Part shown: positions 15,585 through 24,270 of the stretch, piece after piece
How the letters are laid out: every line of letters starts with the position of its first letter
Position numbering within the stretch: position 1 is the stretch's first letter
Source of the DNA: an uncultured Rickettsiales bacterium
Lineage (GTDB): Bacteria; Pseudomonadota; Alphaproteobacteria; Rickettsiales; UBA1997
Length of the DNA: 64,000 bases
NCBI GenBank assembly: GCA_944391025.1
Contig: CALXSC010000110.1
Coordinates: 2,406 to 66,405, forward strand
Direction of reading: 5' to 3'
Made by a program: the position numbers and the translations under genes
The notes under the pieces: model-generated
The model's database searches: none
What the model was told of the DNA's origin: nothing
Seen by the model: only the letters and a program-made list of their open reading frames with translations

Positions 15585-16362
15585 TGTTTTTGTAGGAGCT
15601 GATCCTGAATTGTTTATAATTAATACGAAAAATAAAAAAGTAGTATCAGCTGTTGGTATAATTCCTGGAGAAAAAGGAAATCCTTATCATAGTGACGACA
15701 TGCCTGAAGGATTTGGCTTAGAAACTGATAATATATTAGCTGAATTTAATATTCCTCCTGCATGTTCAATGGAAGGATTTATTAATAACATAGAGTATAT
15801 GAAAAGTTATATTGACAATTTTGTTAAAAATATAAATCCTGATTATGGAATTCTATGTGCAGCTTCTAAAAAGGTTGATGACAGTCAGCTTCAAAGTGAA
15901 CAAGCTAGGCTATTTGGTTGTTCTCGCGATTTTAACGTATATACGGGTAAAGCAAACCCAAAACCTAAAGGAGAATCTACTAATCTCCGCTCAGCAGGAT
16001 TCCATTTGCACATAAGTTATGAAAATCCTAACATTAACACTTCTTTAAGACTAATTAAGTATCTTGATATGTATTTGGGTATTCCTTCTGTTATTAAAGA
16101 TACTGATAAAAGAAGAAGATCATTATATGGAAAAGCAGGATGTTTTAGATTAAAACCTTATGGGCTTGAATATCGAGTATTAAGTTCTGCAATGATGAAA
16201 GATACTCAAACTTTATGTTTTGTATGGAAACAATTAGTAACAGCTGTAGAAGCTTGTGTTAGAGGTTCTAAACTAGCAGACCCTGAGAATGTAATACAAG
16301 CAATTAACAACAGTGATTTGAAATTAGCTAGAAAGATTGTTGAAGCCTACGATATTATGTAA
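15574..16362 (+). CDS. phage-type COOH-NH2 (carboxylate-amine) ligase, type 2-like
   Basis: VGADPELFI, GLETDN..EFNI, FGCSRDFN, SAGFHLHISY, RRRSLYGKAG.FR.KPYGLEYRVLS, matching my recollection of the family. Confidence 0.65.
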   Translation: MISNVFVGADPELFIINTKNKKVVSAVGIIPGEKGNPYHSDDMPEGFGLETDNILAEFNIPPACSMEGFINNIEYMKSYIDNFVKNINPDYGILCAASKKVDDSQLQSEQARLFGCSRDFNVYTGKANPKPKGESTNLRSAGFHLHISYENPNINTSLRLIKYLDMYLGIPSVIKDTDKRRRSLYGKAGCFRLKPYGLEYRVLSSAMMKDTQTLCFVWKQLVTAVEACVRGSKLADPENVIQAINNSDLKLARKIVEAYDIM

Positions 16363-16375
16363 AAAAAAAAGAATT

Positions 16376-16568
16376 ATGGAGAAATGGAAAGACATTGCTG
16401 GGTATGAGGGCAGATATTAGGCTTCTAACCTTAGATAGCATTAAAAGCCTAATTTCTTTAAGATCTGTTGAAAGAGAGTTAAATATACCCCATAGTAACA
16501 TCATTGCTTCTATTAAAAGGAATGGAAGAGCTGGAGGTTATATATGGAAATTATTAAATAACAATTAA
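16376..16568 (+). pseudogene. decayed NUMOD4/NUMOD1-type homing endonuclease relic
   Basis: MEKWKDIAGYEGRY-TAG-ASNLR-TAG-H stops at 16442. The +1 frame (ATG 16404 to TAA 16566) carries a NUMOD1-like HTH SLRSVERELNIPHSNIIASIKRNGRAGGYIWK. No nuclease domain remains. Confidence 0.5.
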
Positions 16569-16580
16569 AATTTTAAGATT

Positions 16581-17846
16581 TTGTGCGGCATTGCTGGTAT
16601 TATTAGTAAAACTCCCAGAGCGTTTGATTATGGAACGTTCTGTACTCTTGGTATTGCAAACGATACTAGAGGTGGAGATTCGTGTGGTATCTTTATTGAT
16701 GGAGTTTGTGATTATGGAGTAGATAAGAAAAAATTATTTACTGATTACTTTATGGACTCCGAAATCTTAAATAATGTAAAGATTTCACAAATAGCTTTAC
16801 TTCATTGTAGAAAAGCTTCTGTAGGATCTATTGGATTAAGTACTGCGCAACCTGTTGTTCTTTACGGTGAGGATGGTCCAGAATTTATAGTAATGCATAA
16901 CGGGACTATTCGGAACTATGAAGAATTAGCTAAAAAGTATATTCCAGATATTAACATAACTGGAATGACTGACTCACAGGTAATGGCTAGAATCTTTTAT
17001 TATAAAGGTTATGAAGTATTGCGTGAATATATTGGGGCAGCAGTATTTGTGATAGTAGATTATAGGAGTGGAGAGCCTGTAACTAAATTATTTAAAGGAC
17101 GTTCTAAATTACATTCTTATTCTGTAGAAGAATCTGACGAAAGGCCTCTTTATTATTGTATTACTAACGGAGAACTGGTATTTTCTTCAATATGGACATA
17201 TTTAGTAGCCTTAAGAAAAGATAGCAGAGTATATTCTCTAAGAGCTAATGAACTTTTAGAATTTAATGGTAAGAATTTAGTAACCGTTGAAGAAATTGAT
17301 CGGTCCAGAGTTGCTCAAACTTTACCTAGTAAGTATTATGATAATAATTCATATCTTTCTAATTATCTATCTATTGACTTAAATAAAAATATTTATAGTT
17401 ATAATAATGCAAGAGCGCATTTTGTATATAATATAGATAATATAGGTAGGTTAAAGATTGCTGATGGAACTGATGTTTATTTCTTTGATGGAGTAGCTCT
17501 TAAGAATAAAGCTTGTTACGATTTCTTAACAAATCTTAGGATTAAAAGTAAACTTCCTTTAAAAATATTTTCTAAGAGATTTGAAAATGTTATAAGGTAT
17601 TTAAGTGTTGATCAAGTTTATCCTATAGGAGATTTATGGTATAGAGCTGTTTCTCCTTTAAAGCATGAATTATTTAGTGGAATATATAATCCTATAATTT
17701 CTTCATGTAGAACAGAATATAAAGGGGGAATAAAATTAGGTACGACATATCTATTTCCTAGAGTTCCTATGTCCGAGTATATTGATGAAAAGAAAGAGTT
17801 TAATTTTAAAAAGATTAGAGAAGAATGCAAGTCTTTGATGAAATAA
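16581..17846 (+). CDS. class II (Ntn) glutamine amidotransferase with uncharacterised C-terminal half
   Basis: TTG start then Cys2 (MCGIAGI); RGGDSCGIF, HCRKAS, MHNGTIRNYEEL, TDSQV. Confidence 0.8.
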   Translation: MCGIAGIISKTPRAFDYGTFCTLGIANDTRGGDSCGIFIDGVCDYGVDKKKLFTDYFMDSEILNNVKISQIALLHCRKASVGSIGLSTAQPVVLYGEDGPEFIVMHNGTIRNYEELAKKYIPDINITGMTDSQVMARIFYYKGYEVLREYIGAAVFVIVDYRSGEPVTKLFKGRSKLHSYSVEESDERPLYYCITNGELVFSSIWTYLVALRKDSRVYSLRANELLEFNGKNLVTVEEIDRSRVAQTLPSKYYDNNSYLSNYLSIDLNKNIYSYNNARAHFVYNIDNIGRLKIADGTDVYFFDGVALKNKACYDFLTNLRIKSKLPLKIFSKRFENVIRYLSVDQVYPIGDLWYRAVSPLKHELFSGIYNPIISSCRTEYKGGIKLGTTYLFPRVPMSEYIDEKKEFNFKKIREECKSLMK

Positions 17847-18703
17847 ACAAAAAGTTTATATCTACTAGCAAGGCAAAAAGAACTGTAGTAGACATATGTA
17901 ATGATACTATTGTATATGGATATGTCCCAAAAGACAGTGAAATGGTTACTTTTAGGTATATTGATAGTTACTTTGAGGGAAGTTATGAACTATTAAAAGA
18001 TAAATTAGTATATAGTAATCTACGTGGAGTATATATGCTTAAAAATCACATGTCTCTTGAAGATATAATAAACAATAGTTATCTCATGGGGCGTGGTGAT
18101 TTTCCTTATAGTTTTTCTAGAAAATATGAAGCTGTAGAGAATTTTGATATATTTTATAATAAGCAGAAAATACTAAATCCCGAAGAATTTCCTATTTCTA
18201 ATTATTTTAAATATACTTTCGGATTAGAATTTGAAACTTCTATGGGTTATATTCCTGAACGAATTTGTTATCGTGATGGATTAATTCCCTTAAGAGATGG
18301 ATCAATTCATGGATTAGAGTATTCTACTGTAGTATTAAAGGGTAATGATGGGTTATCTTTATTAAAACAGCAGTTAAATTCTTTAAAAGAATATACTGCG
18401 TTTGATAAAGAATGCTCATTACATATCCATATGGGTAATTTCCCACTAGAACCTGGAGCTATATTTAATGCATATAAAATATTTTATAGTATACAAGAGA
18501 ATATTGCCCTTCTAGTTCCTCCATTAACTTTTAGAGGAGACAAATATAAAGAAAATGGAAAGAACTATTGCAAGCTTTTAGAAAGATATGAGGATTTTGA
18601 TAAAATGTATCTTCATTTGGTAGGGGTTCCGTTTTTTGGAGACTTAATGCAGCCTCACCCTAAAGATTTATCAAGATCCTCTAAGTGGCATATAGATACT
18701 CGT
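17825..18703 (+). CDS. Amidoligase_2 / glutamine-synthetase-like carboxylate-amine ligase, exon 1
   Basis: FGLEFETS, LRDGSIHGLEYSTVVLKG, CSLHIHMG. The frame ends at the intron's TAA just after ..WHIDTR. Confidence 0.75.
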
Positions 18704-19555
18704 TAAGATAATGGCGAGGCTAATTGGTGACAATTAGAAAAATAAATTGGGTGAATTTAGGGAAATCTAAATAAAATTAGTATATTTGTAGTATGGAAAA
18801 TAATGAATTAAAACGTAAAAGTTATTAGAATTATCCTTTTTATAAAGGACAGGTAATAGATGCTATTACCATTTTAGAAGACGATTTTGTTTATGTCGAT
18901 GGAAGATACCTGGTTAAATTTGAATGTAGATGTGGAAAGGTTGATTATAAAAGATTAAATATATTACAGAAAATGCAATTTAAATGTTGTAAATATTGCG
19001 AAAGAAAAAATAATTATCCAGAAAAGAGAAAATCTAGAGGATATTTTGATGAAAACAATATGCACAAAACTTGGTTATCTGTAATAAAACAAAATTTAGA
19101 TAGAGGTAGTAAACACATCGAATGTACTATTACTATGCAAGATCTATATGATACCTTAAAAAAGCAAAATTTTAAATGTGCTTATACTGGAAAAGATCTT
19201 AATGTAGTAGGAGTACTTAGAGATCAATCTAATGGATCTGTAGATAGAATTGATTCTTCTAAAGGATATATTCCAGATAATATTCAATGGGTTTATAAAC
19301 CTATTAATATTATGAAAAATAGCTTTACTGATGAAATTTTTAAAAATCTATGCTATAAGGTTGCTGATTTTACAAGACAATCCTAAGCCAAGCTAAAGGT
19401 TAATAACTTTAGAAGGTTCAGAGACTAGACACTGAAACTCTATTTGGAGAATATAATGTGTCCACGAGTGCCCAACATCTTATATAGATGATGATATAGT
19501 CCGATACCTAAAGGAAACTTTAGGATGCAAGATAAAGAGCTTGCTATAACATTTG
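18704..19555 (+). mobile_element. group I intron (IC3-like) carrying an HNH endonuclease ORF
   Basis: 5' exon ends in U (CGT|) and intron ends in G (ACATTTG|). Core TAAGCCAAGC, GAAGGTTCAGAGACTAGACAC (19412-19432), ATATAGTCCGA (19494-19504). Splicing restores the family motif ..TR|YYAVN..IEFRF. Confidence 0.75.
18793..19386 (+). CDS. intron-encoded HNH homing endonuclease (one in-frame TAG at 18826)
   Basis: ATG 18793 lies 2 nt after a TATATTTGTA box and is in frame with track ORF 18973-19386; SVDRIDSSKGYIPDNIQWVYKPINIMK HNH-type motif; CxxC pairs. Confidence 0.75.
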
Positions 19556-19897
19556 TATTACGCTGTGAACTTCATTAATATACTCTGTTATGCTGTTAAT
19601 AAAACCATTGAATTTAGATTTCTTAGGCCTACTTATAATTTTCATAAAATATTAGTTTGGCTAGCTATATTTAATGCGGTTCTAGAATATGCAGAACGAA
19701 GATTACCTATTCCTTCTACAAACAGGTTGAAAAATATTATCATTAAAATTTATGATGATCCTAAGATTCGTGATTTTGTTTTAGAAGGTATTTATAAATT
19801 AAGAGCACTAGCTAATTTACAGAGTAATAATGGTGATTCTATTGGAAATGATGTAAGTTTTGAGGATAAATTATTTAATGATGAACGATATAATTAA
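19556..19897 (+). CDS. Amidoligase_2 ligase, exon 2
   Basis: YYAVNFINIL....TIEFRFLRPTYN continues the family's C-terminal motif; same frame as track ORF 19553-19897. Confidence 0.75.
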   Translation, partial: YYAVNFINILCYAVNKTIEFRFLRPTYNFHKILVWLAIFNAVLEYAERRLPIPSTNRLKNIIIKIYDDPKIRDFVLEGIYKLRALANLQSNNGDSIGNDVSFEDKLFNDERYN

Positions 19898-20228
19898 TTA
19901 TAAAGAATTAACTCTTTATCCAGATGCTTTTATGTGTTTTGTAGGAGATAAAGAAGTTAAATTAACTCGGAATGAATATAATTTATTACATTTTTTTCTA
20001 ACTAATCAGAATCATGTGTTTAGTAGAAGAGAAATAATGGATTCCGTATGGAATAAGAAAATTTCTTTTAATACTATCGATGCTACTGTGTCTAAAATTC
20101 AAAAGAAAATTTCTCCATATCGTTATATAACGACTCAGGGAAGTTTTGGATATGGAATTTTAGATAAGGATGTTATTAGAGAAAGATGTTCTGAGTTAAG
20201 ACTTAAGAAAAAAGAAAATAACGAATAA
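19878..20228 (+). CDS. stand-alone OmpR/PhoB-type winged-helix DNA-binding protein
   Basis: LTRNEYNLLHFFLTNQNHVFSRREIMDSVW......IDATVSKIQKKI.....ITTQGSFGYGI; ATG 19878 overlaps the ligase end. Confidence 0.65.
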   Translation: MMNDIINYKELTLYPDAFMCFVGDKEVKLTRNEYNLLHFFLTNQNHVFSRREIMDSVWNKKISFNTIDATVSKIQKKISPYRYITTQGSFGYGILDKDVIRERCSELRLKKKENNE

Positions 20229-20233
20229 ACTAT

Positions 20234-20319
20234 GAGGGTGTGGTGAAATTTGGTTGAAACACGCCAGTCTCTGGTACGGATTGATGATCACGTTGTGAGT
20301 TCGAATCTCACCACCCTTA
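20234..20319 (+). ncRNA. tRNA-like RNA lacking a canonical anticodon arm
   Basis: 7-bp acceptor GAGGGTG/CACCCTT; U8; T arm GTGAG-TTCGAAT-CTCAC; D-like arm. The 31 nt between them fold only as CCAG-TCT-CTGG. T8 run follows. Confidence 0.45.
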
Positions 20320-20340
20320 CTTTTTTTTAATTAATTTAAA

Positions 20341-20535
20341 ATGGATATTGTTAAAAGAATAAACGCCAATAATAAACTAGTTCATGTATTATCAGAATAT
20401 CTGAGTAAACATCCAGAACAGAGATTTATTCAGGCGTTATGGAATCTTAAAATAATTGATTCTATTGATGAACTTATAGTAGATAGGTATTATGAAGAAC
20501 CTACAGCTACACTTAAACGTATAGGATATGAGTAG
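20341..20535 (+). CDS. hypothetical protein
   Basis: Track ORF 64 aa. Confidence 0.65.
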   Translation: MDIVKRINANNKLVHVLSEYLSKHPEQRFIQALWNLKIIDSIDELIVDRYYEEPTATLKRIGYE

Positions 20536-20812
20536 TCATTTTATAATGAATGAAAACATGGAACAAGAATTTTTTATATGTCAATGTAACAATATAGAAC
20601 ATCAAATGGTTTTTAGTTATTTTAAAGATGATAATTTTGGTGATGTATATGTTACAATTCATTTAGTTCCAGATTCTTTTTGGAAACGTATAAAGAATGC
20701 TTTTAAATACATTTTTGGATACAAATCTAAATATGGTGATTTTGATGAATTTATTCTAAAACCTACTGATGCCGATAGATTACAGAAAGTTGTTAATTAT
20801 TTAAGATTATGA
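20528..20812 (+). CDS. hypothetical protein
   Basis: Track ORF 94 aa; overlapping starts and stops. Confidence 0.65.
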   Translation: MSSHFIMNENMEQEFFICQCNNIEHQMVFSYFKDDNFGDVYVTIHLVPDSFWKRIKNAFKYIFGYKSKYGDFDEFILKPTDADRLQKVVNYLRL

Positions 20813-21045
20813 CTGTAGGAACTATGACTATTACAATTTTATCAGGAATAATAGTACTGTTTGTAATTTCTATAACACTTTATCAATTACAGATTAATTA
20901 TTATAGAAAAAACGGATACAAAGACCCAAAATCTGAAGCAGATTATGAGTTCTGTATTTTCTTGTCTTTTTTAATAGTTCTAGTTGGAATTTTAGTATTT
21001 AAAGGTTGTGAATATGTAATATTAAATTGGAATGTCCCAGTATAA
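20809..21045 (+). CDS. hypothetical membrane protein
   Basis: Track ORF 78 aa, two TM helices. Confidence 0.6.
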   Translation: MTVGTMTITILSGIIVLFVISITLYQLQINYYRKNGYKDPKSEADYEFCIFLSFLIVLVGILVFKGCEYVILNWNVPV

Positions 21046-21460
21046 ATTATTTTGTGACGGTGCTTATTCACCATTAAGAAATCAAATGGGAGTTGGTATA
21101 GTATTTTTAAAAGATGATAAACCGATTTTAGAATATTCTAAAATGTTAATAGGTGGATCTAATAATAGAGCAGAATTATCCGCTTTAATTATTGGATTAT
21201 CATTTATTAAAAATCCTATATATTCTTTAACTATCATTTGTGATAGTATGTATTGTGTGGGATCTGCGATATTAGGATGGAAACGTTCTAAAAATCAAGA
21301 TTTATGGAAACTTTTTGATCTTCAATTTAATAGAGTCAAAGAATTATGTTCTGATATAAATTTTGAGCACGTTTTAGGTCATCAAAAGAACGATGATCTT
21401 AATACAATTTATAATAACAAAGCGGATAAACTAGCAAGAACTTCATCTCAACGATTATGA
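21032..21460 (+). CDS. RNase H (RNase HI-like)
   Basis: FCDGAY...GVGIV, NNRAELSALI, ICDSMY, HVLGH....N..ADKLA order of the DEDD-type motifs. Confidence 0.8.
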   Translation: MSQYKLFCDGAYSPLRNQMGVGIVFLKDDKPILEYSKMLIGGSNNRAELSALIIGLSFIKNPIYSLTIICDSMYCVGSAILGWKRSKNQDLWKLFDLQFNRVKELCSDINFEHVLGHQKNDDLNTIYNNKADKLARTSSQRL

Positions 21461-21876
21461 ATTTATTAAAATTATTTAAAAAAAGAAATGATACAGTAAT
21501 TAATTCTGTTTTAAGATTTGAACCATTTGATTTTGGATTTCTGTTAGAAATAGAAAGACAAAGCCTTATACAAATGAGGGATTATTTTAAAGTTTCTAAT
21601 ATTTCAGAGGATGATTATAAAGTATACACTCAAATAAGACTAGCTGTTCAATTACTTAATATAGTTTTAGAAGAGGATTCGGCATATCATTATAATAATG
21701 GGGAGTCTTTTGTAGACATTTATATAAATCCTAGAAATAGTTATAGGTTTATGAAATCTGTATCATCAAATGTAATAAAAAATAATCCTATTTTGTTAGA
21801 TGATCTTAGGATACAAAAAGCATGGTTCTTATATAATAAATTAAGATTCTATAGTATGCAAGGATGGTGGAAATAG
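21457..21876 (+). CDS. hypothetical protein
   Basis: Track ORF 139 aa. Confidence 0.65.
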   Translation: MNLLKLFKKRNDTVINSVLRFEPFDFGFLLEIERQSLIQMRDYFKVSNISEDDYKVYTQIRLAVQLLNIVLEEDSAYHYNNGESFVDIYINPRNSYRFMKSVSSNVIKNNPILLDDLRIQKAWFLYNKLRFYSMQGWWK

Positions 21877-22340
21877 GTAATATAGTCTTCCTTGATTTTG
21901 ACGGAGTAATAACTACATTAAAGTCTAGATGGAAAATTGATAGAGAAAAGTGTAAATTAGTTAAGAAAATATGTGATGAGACTAGAGCTAAAATAGTAAT
22001 ATCATCCTCTTGGAGAAAATATTCATTTGAAGAAACAATGAAACAATTTAACCGAGAAGAATTTATATTATATGATTATATAATAGATATTACTAAACGT
22101 TTAACGCTAAATGGCACTAATCTAACAGTTCCTAGAGGTGTCGAAATAATGGATTGGATAGAGAATCATACTGTTGATAACTATGTTATATTAGACGATG
22201 ATTCTGATATGTTATTATGGCAGAAGGATAATTTTGTTCAAACAGATACTTATAAAGGTATAAACGAACAAGATGTTCAAAAAGCTATATCCATTTTAAA
22301 TAAAGCATATGAAAATAAAAATAGTTTATCCGATAACTAA
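21864..22340 (+). CDS. HAD-superfamily phosphatase-like protein
   Basis: VFLDFDGVIT (DxD), VISSSWR, VILDDD. Confidence 0.6.
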   Translation: MVEIGNIVFLDFDGVITTLKSRWKIDREKCKLVKKICDETRAKIVISSSWRKYSFEETMKQFNREEFILYDYIIDITKRLTLNGTNLTVPRGVEIMDWIENHTVDNYVILDDDSDMLLWQKDNFVQTDTYKGINEQDVQKAISILNKAYENKNSLSDN

Positions 22341-22443
22341 AAAACTTAAATGTCCTAGATGTGGGCAAACAGTTAAACACACTCTATTTAATAAAGAGTA
22401 TAGTATTTATAAGTGTTCAAATTGTGGTAATATTCATGCATGA
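22309..22443 (+). CDS. small zinc-ribbon protein (44 aa, below track cutoff)
   Basis: ATG 22309 to TGA 22441; CPRCG...(16)...CSNCG; ATGA overlap with next gene. Confidence 0.4.
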   Translation: MKIKIVYPITKKLKCPRCGQTVKHTLFNKEYSIYKCSNCGNIHA

Positions 22444-22892
22444 AAAAGAAAAATAATAAAAGTCCTGTTAAGGCACCCCAAAGTGAACAAGATCTTTGGG
22501 TAAATGTACATGACGATGTTCAAATGATAAATTTAGGGATTCAACCTCCTTATCTTACTCCTAGAGATGAAAGTGTTTGGACTAAAACTGATCACGAGAG
22601 AAATCTATTAAGAACTCTAAGACATAGTTATAAAGGAGATTCACATTTTCATACTCTTCCAGTTAAACCTATTCCTGTTAGAGACAAATTGATAATTCAA
22701 TTAAAAAAGAATAAACAGTTTTCTAAAACTACTTATTCTATGGAATGTTGGCAATATGAAATAGGAGAATTACTTTCAAAATATAATACTATTAATAGGA
22801 AAACTGGTTTGGAAGAATCTCTTGTACTTAAGTATTCATTTAATGGAAAAACGTATTCAGTAAATGAAAGACCATACTGGTTTGGAAAGTAA
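22440..22892 (+). CDS. hypothetical protein
   Basis: Track ORF 150 aa. Confidence 0.65.
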   Translation: MKKKNNKSPVKAPQSEQDLWVNVHDDVQMINLGIQPPYLTPRDESVWTKTDHERNLLRTLRHSYKGDSHFHTLPVKPIPVRDKLIIQLKKNKQFSKTTYSMECWQYEIGELLSKYNTINRKTGLEESLVLKYSFNGKTYSVNERPYWFGK

Positions 22893-23172
22893 AGTATATA
22901 ATTATAATAGTACAAAATTAGAAGAATTTAATACTTTTCTATATGAAATATGTGTATATGATTGTCAAAAGAATCAATATTCATTAATAGAAAGTAAATT
23001 TTTCACTTCCGATAAACTAATTAAAGATAATGTAATTAGATATAAAGAAAATAATAGAGTTATTGATAAATCAATTACATTAATCGGAGCACCCATTCAA
23101 TTTATAACTGAAAATAATTTATCAGAATATGTCAAAAAATCAAAAAGAAAGAATAGAAGTTCTTCAAAGTGA
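22864..23172 (+). CDS. hypothetical protein
   Basis: Track ORF 102 aa. Confidence 0.55.
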   Translation: MKDHTGLESKVYNYNSTKLEEFNTFLYEICVYDCQKNQYSLIESKFFTSDKLIKDNVIRYKENNRVIDKSITLIGAPIQFITENNLSEYVKKSKRKNRSSSK

Positions 23173-23668
23173 GTTCACTGATTATGCAGGTAGAGTTCAT
23201 AAATTTGTTATTGTAGGAGTAAGTGTATGTAATGAAGAACGTATTACTTATGATAATTATGTAACTTACATTCCAAAAGCATTAAAAATTGGTATATCTA
23301 TTTGTAATCCTAATGATGAATTTGATTTTGATAAGGGGTATAACAAAGCCTATACTCGAGCTAAAAAATCTGAACCTGCATTATATGCAAGTAAAAAAGG
23401 GTATATCAATAGTAAAATGATAAATGCTTTCTTGGAACAAGAAGCAGAGTATCTTATAAATAATCCTGAAAATTACATTGAAGGATATTTAGATGCTAAG
23501 AAACGGTATCTTAGAAATTCTGAAATGGATAATCTTTATAATAATATGTCTAAATCTGAAAAAGAAATTATAGAGAATTCTAAGAAAGATGCTAAGGTAA
23601 TAGATAAATTAAAATCTTATTTAACGTGGTTTAATAATCAGAAGATAGGAAATGCGAAAGGTAATTAA
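23129..23668 (+). CDS. hypothetical protein
   Basis: Track ORF 179 aa. Confidence 0.65.
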   Translation: MSKNQKERIEVLQSEFTDYAGRVHKFVIVGVSVCNEERITYDNYVTYIPKALKIGISICNPNDEFDFDKGYNKAYTRAKKSEPALYASKKGYINSKMINAFLEQEAEYLINNPENYIEGYLDAKKRYLRNSEMDNLYNNMSKSEKEIIENSKKDAKVIDKLKSYLTWFNNQKIGNAKGN

Positions 23669-23996
23669 TATTGCTTTTATCCTTTCTATAATATTAAATC
23701 TAATTTTAGGTTCAATTCTCTTAAAAAATAATGTAACTATAGATTCCGAGGAATACTTATCAAAGATAGATTCCTTGGAATCTATTATTACGGATTTACA
23801 CAATAAAAAAGATTCTATTAGATTAGAAATTGATACTGTATACAGTGAATTAAAAGAAGTTCAAATTAAATATGAAAAAGATAGTAATATTATTATCAAT
23901 AATTCTATTTTGGACGACTATTACTTTTTCACAAGATACCTTGAAAATTACAGACTCAGTAGTAGTTATAACAGCTCAACAGTTGAAAGAGACTAA
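23652..23996 (+). CDS. hypothetical protein with N-terminal TM helix and coiled-coil-like region
   Basis: Track ORF 114 aa; overlaps the next ORF by 125 nt in another frame. Confidence 0.5.
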   Translation: MRKVINIAFILSIILNLILGSILLKNNVTIDSEEYLSKIDSLESIITDLHNKKDSIRLEIDTVYSELKEVQIKYEKDSNIIINNSILDDYYFFTRYLENYRLSSSYNSSTVERD

Positions 23997-24270
23997 TCTA
24001 ATTTTCATAGAGCATAATAAGCTACTTTTAGAGAATGATTTACTCTATGAGCAATTATCTAATTATGAAAAAGAGAATTTATCGTTATCTCAATTAGATT
24101 CAATTAGAAGCAATCAAATAAAGAATTATCAGAACTTAACTACAGCGTATCAGAATGAAATTATAAGTCTTAATAAGGAATTATCTAAAAAGAAAAAGTC
24201 TTTATTAGGATGGCAGATAGGAGGAGTAACGGTTACTTTTGGTTTAGTTGTATGGCTACTATTACGATAA
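23872..24270 (+). CDS. hypothetical protein with N-terminal signal-like helix and C-terminal TM anchor
   Basis: Track ORF 132 aa; MKKIVILLSIILFWTTITFSQ...; C-terminal GGVTVTFGLVVWLLL. Confidence 0.55.
   Translation: MKKIVILLSIILFWTTITFSQDTLKITDSVVVITAQQLKETNLIFIEHNKLLLENDLLYEQLSNYEKENLSLSQLDSIRSNQIKNYQNLTTAYQNEIISLNKELSKKKKSLLGWQIGGVTVTFGLVVWLLLR

Noticed and set aside
23652-24270. Spanin (i-spanin/o-spanin) annotation for the overlapping membrane ORFs.
   Set aside because: There is no lipobox cysteine in the second ORF and no adjacent holin or endolysin. It is reported only as a low-interest observation.
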